This document shows, piece by piece, positions 55,962-64,000 of a stretch of 64,000 nt of DNA; position 1 is the stretch's first letter; each line of letters begins with the position of its first letter. The DNA lies in NCBI RefSeq assembly GCF_000181795.1, contig NW_003526947.1, forward strand, positions 710,999-774,998, given 5' to 3'. The notes under the pieces are model-generated. The model ran no database searches, was not told the origin of the DNA, and saw only the letters and a program-made list of their open reading frames with translations. The stretch comes from Trichinella spiralis. Its lineage: Eukaryota. A program made the translations under genes and the position numbers.

Positions 55962-57931
55962 TCACGATAAAGATAAATTTTTGGACAATTTCGGAGGGGA
56001 TTGAACGCATCGCATTTTTGATGTACCCAGTGAGTTTGCCACTTTCATAGCGTAAATTTCACAAGTTAAAGAAAATAAACTTTGCAAATTATTTTTCATT
56101 TCTTCCACAACAGCTGGCCAGTCGGTGGTTTTCTCAGCGAATTCTTCATTTTTTGAATTCTTCTTTTCAACGAATATTTGCATATCTGAAAAAAATATAT
56201 TTAAAATAATTGATAGTAGGCGTGTATTTTTGTCGTTGCTTTGTTGTGTACAAGTAAGCATACCAGTATCAATGCCGAGTAGGGCATCCAAATCTGGTTG
56301 GTCATTGTCCGCTATGCTTTTGTAAACTTTCACCAACTGTTCCGTCATTTTTCGACACTGCTTTATATCTTTGAAACATTTTTGAGGTAACAAATATTCT
56401 CCTTTTGTGTTGCCAAATTTTCCATCCTTGAAAATTTGTCAAAATTTTTAAAAATAGTAACGTGAATGAAAACTTCATCGTATTCAGAATCTCTTTTCAA
56501 TACTTATAAATTAGCTAAAGTACCTATCGATCAAATGAATATGCTATTTACTGGTGAGCGTCTTAAATTGGAACATCCATAATTTAATAATAAAGATAGA
56601 TAAATAAATTTGTAGGATAAAAATAGAATGATTACTTGAAATTAAAAATAGAAAAAAGTAAAAAAGCAAAAATTAAAAAATATTTCCCATAAATTGATAA
56701 AAATTATACTTGGAACGATTTGTCGGTGCACAGCTGCAATTCAGCGTCAAGAATCTTCAGTTCAGCTTTGAGTAGGTCGATTTCACTACGGGCGCTTTTC
56801 AATTCTTTGTAATTTTCGTTCATTTTTTCTTTAAATTTCAATTTGAGCTGGTGATATCTGTCGGCCCAAAAATGCGGTTGTCCTTTAAGATCTGATCGAC
56901 TATTTTTTCTGTTCAATTGAGAAAGTTGAAAGCCGTTTTTCTCTTCTGTTTGGTTCCATGTTTTCCTTTTCTCATTCCCATCATCATTATCTTTATCCGA
57001 TTTGGTTGTTTCTTCTTTTTTTCCATTATGCTTATCATGTTGATCATCATTATCATCATCAACATCTTCTTCAACTTCTGCTTCGTGAATACTGTACGTA
57101 CTTCGTTCTAGTTCTTGCTTCATCTCCAACGACTGCATGCAAGCAAGTAGACTATTTTTTTCCAAATTCATCAATCTCATTTGACTGTTCACTGTCGACA
57201 GTTGTCGTTCTTTGAGCTGCAATTGACAATACAAATCGTTCAATTCTTGTTCATGTATTCGGCAAACGTTTGCCAATTCTCGACGCAATGCACTGGAAAA
57301 AATTTTTTTTATTTAAACCAAAAAATAAATAAATAAAGCCATTTTTGCAATGCCATACCAAACCATCGCATCTTCACCATGTGCAGGTCTGTCGTATTCT
57401 GAATGAAACGGTGCACGGCACCAGGTGCCACGGACCGACGGATGTTGAACTGGGGGACGAGTTGAAGCTTGTCCATAATGCAAATCACCGTCCGCCTGTT
57501 TTGGAATCAACGATTCCAAATAGCCAACTTTACTTTCGAGCAATTCCACCCGACGCTGAGCATCCAAACAACTGACACTGGCCGCGTGGACGACATTCGC
57601 TCCCGTCACGGGATTCTGAAGCAGATATTTTATTTGTCAATTTTGAAGAATTTATTAAAATTTCATTTACATATGAAATCGAAGGTGGCGGCAATTCGAA
57701 GTTCAATCGATTGGACGAACCGTAGAAATTTTGCATTTGACAAAGTGAAGGCGTGCTAGCTGCAAGCCCGAAACGTAGTTCCGCTTTGTAAGCATCCGCA
57801 GCAGTGCTGACTGCAGGTATGCTGTTCATAAATGCGCAATTCAAACCATTTGACGAGCCGTAGTGGAATGGAAGCGACGGGCGTGGTACAACATGGGCAG
57901 TCGGTGGACCATCACGACTCAAGGCACGCAT
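55962..57931 (-). CDS. Coiled-coil protein with CEP85/CEP85L-like C-terminus
   Basis: Low-complexity N-terminus and long coiled coils. The C-terminal 'KCFKDIKQC..QPDLDALLGID..VEEMKNNLQSLFSLTCEIYAMKVANSLG..CVQ' parallels the CEP85 pattern as recalled (C..DL..PNLSLLLGI..SDRYAQDMG..C.TQ). Confidence 0.55.
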
Positions 57932-60900
57932 CGAATTCTCTGCAAACCAACACTTCTGTTGTAGCAGAAAATAAAAGAAATTAACGAACAATGTATTATT
58001 ATGTACAAGTGGAATTGGAGAGAACAAATCTCACGGTGAATAACACCACTGAAATTTCCAATGCTGTATTCCAATCAAAAAATTCTCACATTTTAAATAT
58101 TGGAAAATTTGGCAACAAGAATATCGATGATTATTGGTACAATGAGGAATTTGTTAAGGAAAAATCCAATCGCACGATGATGATTGTACCGGAAAAAAGC
58201 AGATGACAACCGAATATGCAATTTAAGTTGTCTTTTTTGAAAAAATTGAAAAATTCAGTCACTTTTATGACAATGACACTTTTAATCAAAAATTTCCCCT
58301 CATAGAATGCTGTTGAAAAAATCGAACACGCCTACATCGCTTTAAAATTAAGTAACATCCAGAGAAGCTGAAAATAAGATTCGAGAAACAAATTGATCGG
58401 TTTCAATCAAATAAATGGTCATTTCAATGATTCGCGATTTATTGTTGTAAACAAGCAATCGAATTTGTGAAACTAATCCACTCGTCGGTTGGTTTAAGGT
58501 CGACCAATCGACAGACTTGGTAACGTTTTTTAAAATCAGTTGTATAAGCAGTTGAGCTTAATAAACACAAATAAAAATGAACAGAGTTGAAAATTTGCAA
58601 AAAATTTCAATTTCGGCCCTCTTCCGCTGCGCATTGCTTCACCGCAAACGCGTCATTTATTTATTGATTGATTTCAAATCTTCAATCTCCGAGTAAACAA
58701 TTTTCTGTCTTAATGATGATCATTGAAATTCAAAATCAGTTGCATTCTATTTTCTTTTTCAACGGCAAAAAATCACCACGTAGCGAATTGAATGAATTTC
58801 GAAATTATGAAAAAATAGTTTTAATTGAAAAAAAAAAGAAATTTCTCTTCTCCTCAAATTTGCTCACATTCTTTTTTTGTTCAAATTTATTCCAATTTTA
58901 CGCAAAATATTTTCATTTTAAAATTTAAATATTCAAAAAAAAATACACTACCAAATTGTAAATGGGAATTGTTGAAACAAGAAAATGCAAAGATGAAGCG
59001 AACTGATTACAAGCATGTCGACATAAATAAATAATCAAAACAACAAACATTATTGCATTTTTAAATGCTGAGAAAATTTATGATCGAATTTTCAATAAGA
59101 ACAACGAACAAGCAAAGTTCATTGTGAAACGGACTATTTATATTCATATTTAAAAATTTGTTCCTTTTTAGATGGTTGACTTGTGAAATTGTTTGAAATG
59201 AAATATTTTTTTTATTATAATAAATTTTGAAAGCAATAATAATTAAATGAATTGTAAATAAAATAAAATAAGTGCAAACGTAAAAGTTGAATAATATAAA
59301 TGATGTATTTATTTTGGATGAAAAAGTCTCAAAAATGTTGTTGAAATAAGCATAACGTCATTGCAGAAATGAAATTGTAATAAAATATAATTATGAAAAT
59401 ATGAATTTTTCATTAATAAAAAGAAAAAAAAAGAAAATGAATATATTGGGAAAACGAGGGGAGGGAGGGATTAAAGAAAAATCTTACTGGCTTGTTGGAT
59501 GTCGCCGACCAACGGCAACGACCTTTGAGGGCGTAAATTTCGTTTTGAAGTCTCGTGATGAATTGGAAATTTTGCTTCTTTTCGTTCTTTAGATTTCACT
59601 GATGCCACTGTTGATCGCATAGAAAACGCTGATCAATTTTCTGCACACATTGTTATGCTGATGTCAGTCAACAACAACACCAATTCATACTTCTTCTATA
59701 TGTTAATATTTTTTTAATTTGAAAAATGAATAAAACGAAATCAATAAACAAAACCAACACGTACATTTTATTATCAATCAATCAATCAATCAAAATTATT
59801 CGTATGATTTTTATTTTTATTGCTTCAAAATGCATATATCATTCATTCATCCATTCATTCACTTGTATTCTTTAATGTCAGTTGCTTTTGTTTCCGGGTT
59901 TAAAGCATCAGCTCAGAAATGAACTCGTTGCTTTGCTAAACAACAATTTTTAAGCAATACTAGCATAGCAGCAGCAGCAGCAGCATCGTTCAACGAATAT
60001 TTTCCTCGAACAGCTGCGCATATTGACAAGAAGCGGCATCGCATGTGCACCAACGTGCCAAATGAGTGAATAATAAAAATGGACAACGATCGAAGACGGA
60101 AAGGAAAATTCGACCCTCATCTCATCTCATCTCATCTCATCATCATCTACAATTCTATTTCCATTTTGTTTCCTATTTTTTCCGACTGACTGAATAATTT
60201 TTATCTTTTTTTTTTCAACATCTGCACAACTGATTTTATTTTAATTTGATTATTCTGCATTTGAAAAAAACGACTAAAATAAGAATGTTCCTTCTTAAGA
60301 AATGGTACAAAATGATAATAGCCTCATAAATTGCAAAAGATGCCATGAAATTCATGACTTTTTGATTTTAATCCATACTGTACTTTAATTTTTAATATGA
60401 ATCCAATTTTCAGGTTAAACGATTTTTTTTTCCAACAAAGTGGTTTGATAATAATAATAATAAAGTCAGCGACCTCCGTATATTCAAAATCGGGGATTTT
60501 TTGATTTTCGGAAATTTCAGAAATTTTGATTAAAAAAAATTTTTTTTTGCAATTTTCGAAACTTTGGAATTTTTTTCTCAACAATTACGCATTTATCTTA
60601 GATGAAATTTTGGAATCACCATTTATTTATAATGAAAATGTTTTCCATTTTCTTCTGCATTAAAAAAATACAACTTTTTCTTTTGGTGATCACTGTGCCT
60701 TTTATTATTGCATTTCAATAGGTTAATAGTATTTGATATAGGACTCAATTTTACGTCGATTGATGCATCTCGCTCAAGTTTCATACCAATTATACGGTTT
60801 ACAAAGCTTGAAATTTGGTTATGGTTCATTTGAAAAGATTGTATCTCAAAATATTGTAAATTTCATCAAGTGATTTATATATCGAAATATATAAATTCTG

Positions 60901-63900
60901 GAGAGACTGTCTGTTATCTAACAGTATAATTCTCTTGCATTTTTATTTTTTATTTTAATTGCATGACATTTTCATTTATTCGGATATAAGGTAGTTGTAA
61001 TTTTCACTATTTATATTTTTTCTTATACGTTTCTACATGAATTTCTTTATCCGGTTCTTATTTATTTATCGATCGATATCTTAGAAATAATAGAAATGTG
61101 ATAATGAAAGTTTCTTATATTCATTCATTATTACCTGCTTTTGTTTTATTTATGCTGTACGTCAGAAAACGCATGCAATTCACTGTAGTGTGGGAAAAGC
61201 ATTACCACTAAAGTGTTGAATATGTACGCGGAACAGTTTGTTAGCTTTTTGCTATATTTTCACATCCATGTGCAGGTATGGTTTGTTTGCTGCAGTTTTT
61301 TTATTATTAATATTGTGAACTTTCTGGTGCAATTATTCTATATAATATATTTCCTGCAACTTATATTTGTTATCAGTGATCAGTAAATATATTTTGAATA
61401 GTTTCTATTATACAAGTTATTGACTACTGAATAATAAATTGAAATAAACGACTTCTTGAAAGATTGTTCAATCAAACTTGGGCAGTGTCTCGATAATGTG
61501 CCAATTTTTATGAGACATCTTTCTGCTTATTTGCTTTTAATTAAAGATCATCACTGTTATCTTTATTTAAAGTAATAAAATATAGTCGTAGTATTTGTAA
61601 AACAGAAATTACATGCAAATTTTTATTCAATTGCAATGAGATTGCTGAATTCAGTTGTGACGGTTGTTGGTGGGCAGTTTGCACAATGCCGTTTGCTCAA
61701 TGATAACTGAAGAATAATGATTCGTGACTGTTTTTCTATATCATGACATTATTTATTTAAATTAATTTATCCACGTTTGAAAATGCCGAGTAGAAGATGA
61801 GATGTATGAATTTATGAGCAGTGTGAGAACTGGGATACGTTGGATAACCAGATTTTGTTCAGTTAAGCTGTTAATTAGTGAAACTTAATTTAGCAATTCT
61901 TGAGTGTATAATTTGATTAAACTGGCGCTACAAGTTATCAAGCACTTAATGCAAATGATCATTAATTAGTGAAGTCTAGAAGTCTAGAAGTAGTGAAGCT
62001 CATTATTTTAATGAATTGAATGGTTTTCTGCACTTGAACATTTTCATGTACCGTGCTTTGTCGAGTTGAGAATAGGCTTCATTTGAGGAAAGCAAAATGA
62101 TTGAATAATTTTTCGATCATTTATAAGGCCAATAATAACAATTATTGAGTTGTAGCAGCCTTTCTTGCTCTACTATATAGTAATGTATGTGGTCGTGAAA
62201 GCAATCAAAAAGGAGATCCAGGTCAAAAGGAAGAAAATGGGACAGGTGCCAATACCAGATTGATTTTTTACGTTAGCTGATTTGAATTCAAAAACCCGCG
62301 TCGAATTAGCGGTACAATCATTAATATATATATATATATGTATATATTGGGATTGAGGCGCGTTGTGCAATAGCTCCTGTGCGTGTTGTTAGTGCTTATA
62401 TTTGTCTGTGAATAAACGTTAAAGTCCAGTGATATGCCTCGCGTCAGTAACTGGCAGAAGCTAACCGTAACACTGGGAATTACAATATATTGAGTTTAAC
62501 TGCATATTTGAGAATAGCAGCGCAGGGATGAGAAAAATGGAAGAGATGAAATCTACTCGAGTTCATCGAAATACAATACACTATTTGATGCTATTTCTAT
62601 TTAATAACAGTCTGAATTTTCATTTTCAACATATTCTTTGACCAGTTGTCGTAGCATATCCTTGCCCTCTTTGCAAGGTTGCTGCATTAGTGAAAACGTC
62701 ACGTATAGTATGTGCAAGTGAAGAATGCAAAGCAAGTGCAGCGTTCACTATCATTTTTCTTCATCTGCCCCACAGTATCCTCCAAGAAGATAAATCTAAT
62801 CAAACTTTAGTATATAGTACACGTTGCTTCTGGGCAAATCCATTTTCAGACCACAAAACTGAGTCGATTAAAGATGCGTAATTGGAATAGATCTTAATCT
62901 GCGTTAAAACAAAACGTTATTTTTGGCTGAGAATATTGAATTCCATTGTAAAAATTAATGAAATGATTCTATATGCATATTTAATGGGCATGTCTGTTTT
63001 ATATGTTTTCATCAGGGATGGTGCGGAAAAGTTCGTAGTAGTTTGCTATTAATTTCTGATCGAAATAAATCAATTGCTGTATTTTTTAGAGAAACACGTT
63101 TTTTCGAAAACTGCAAAATTTCATGGGCTATGGACTTGACTGTTTTGCGAAAAACGGCGGATTGCTATTTTTCAAAATTTAGACGTTTTTTGATTGCTAG
63201 ACTTTCACACTGATCGATGAAAATGTTATGCAGAGTTTCATCGGCAACTGCCCAGTAATTGTGGAATTAATGACTTCTAAATGTGGCGATTTGCCAATCG
63301 AATATAATTCATCACCTCTACACTACCTTATTGATTCTCTAGTAGAGTCTTCATGCAAATTTTCATTTGTTTGTTCTTTGTACGCTTATTTAGCTTAAGT
63401 TTCTCTGATTGATATTAAACTTCTTACGGTGTGTTTGCAATGACTGTCTCGACAGTTCGAAGCGGAAAATTCCTGTATTAGCAGGTTTGGTATTTCCTTA
63501 TTGTTGTATGTTTTTCTAATTAATTTTTCTGCATTTATAGAAAATGCTGTAGACCTGATGTATATGAACAAAGAGAAGATGTTGTTGGTTTAGTAAACGT
63601 GTTTGTTATATCTTGAATTTTAATTTGAATTTCTGATAATATATTTTTTCTATAGTTTTCATAACTGTGAGCTGTAACTTATTGTGATGTTTATTAATCG
63701 GTGTAGTTTATTGTAATTATAGAATGTCTCACCCTAAGTAAAATATGTGATTTTAGTAAATTGTATAGCTTATCACGTTTGAACATACTATTAGCGTAGG
63801 AACGTTTAAACATCACAAACAATGTAATCAACAGTTATCAGAGAGTAATGCTACTAATGGAGATATTATTGTTTTACTATACATATAATTTCCTCTTTTT

Positions 63901-64000
63901 GAGATAAATTTTGTAATGCAAAACTATAATTCAGGTTCTCTTAAATTAAGAAGACATAAACATAGTATGGTTGTAAGAAAATAATTAGCTTTGGTTATGT

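Noticed and set aside
26825..57931. Functional cluster of cell-division genes (mel-26, DCC1, mlc-4, CEP85-like)
   Set aside because: The genes are interspersed with unrelated ones on both strands, and no shared regulatory signal was seen.
58000..64000. Short ORFs and possible transposon remnants in the terminal 6 kb
   Set aside because: AT-rich, low-complexity frames with no recognisable motifs, paired termini or consistent exon chain.

Overview
AT-rich eukaryotic genomic DNA with short GT-AG introns and N gaps. A cuticle collagen and a near-identical mel-26 orthologue identify it as nematode; base composition and intron style suggest a Trichinella-like clade I species (inference). The first ~19.2 kb is repeat and transposon rich. 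It holds a ~1-kb repeat unit in tandem and dispersed blocks, a non-autonomous Mutator-like element with an exact 9-bp TSD (5838-7232), and a decayed BEL/Pao LTR retrotransposon that may be nested in an older TIR element. From 20.8 to 58 kb lie intron-containing genes: GADD45GIP1/mL64 (-), a START-domain protein (+), mel-26 (+), DCC1 (+), an RP1-like DCX+PLAT protein (+), an orphan multi-exon gene (+), cuticle collagen (-), mlc-4 (-), mrps-9 (-) and a CEP85-like coiled-coil protein (-). The best leads are a type I hammerhead-ribozyme-like motif in the 1-kb repeat unit, the CEP85-like gene, a candidate mrps-9/mlc-4 operon, and an X-box upstream of the RP1-like gene. Exon boundaries were read by eye and no database searches were run.
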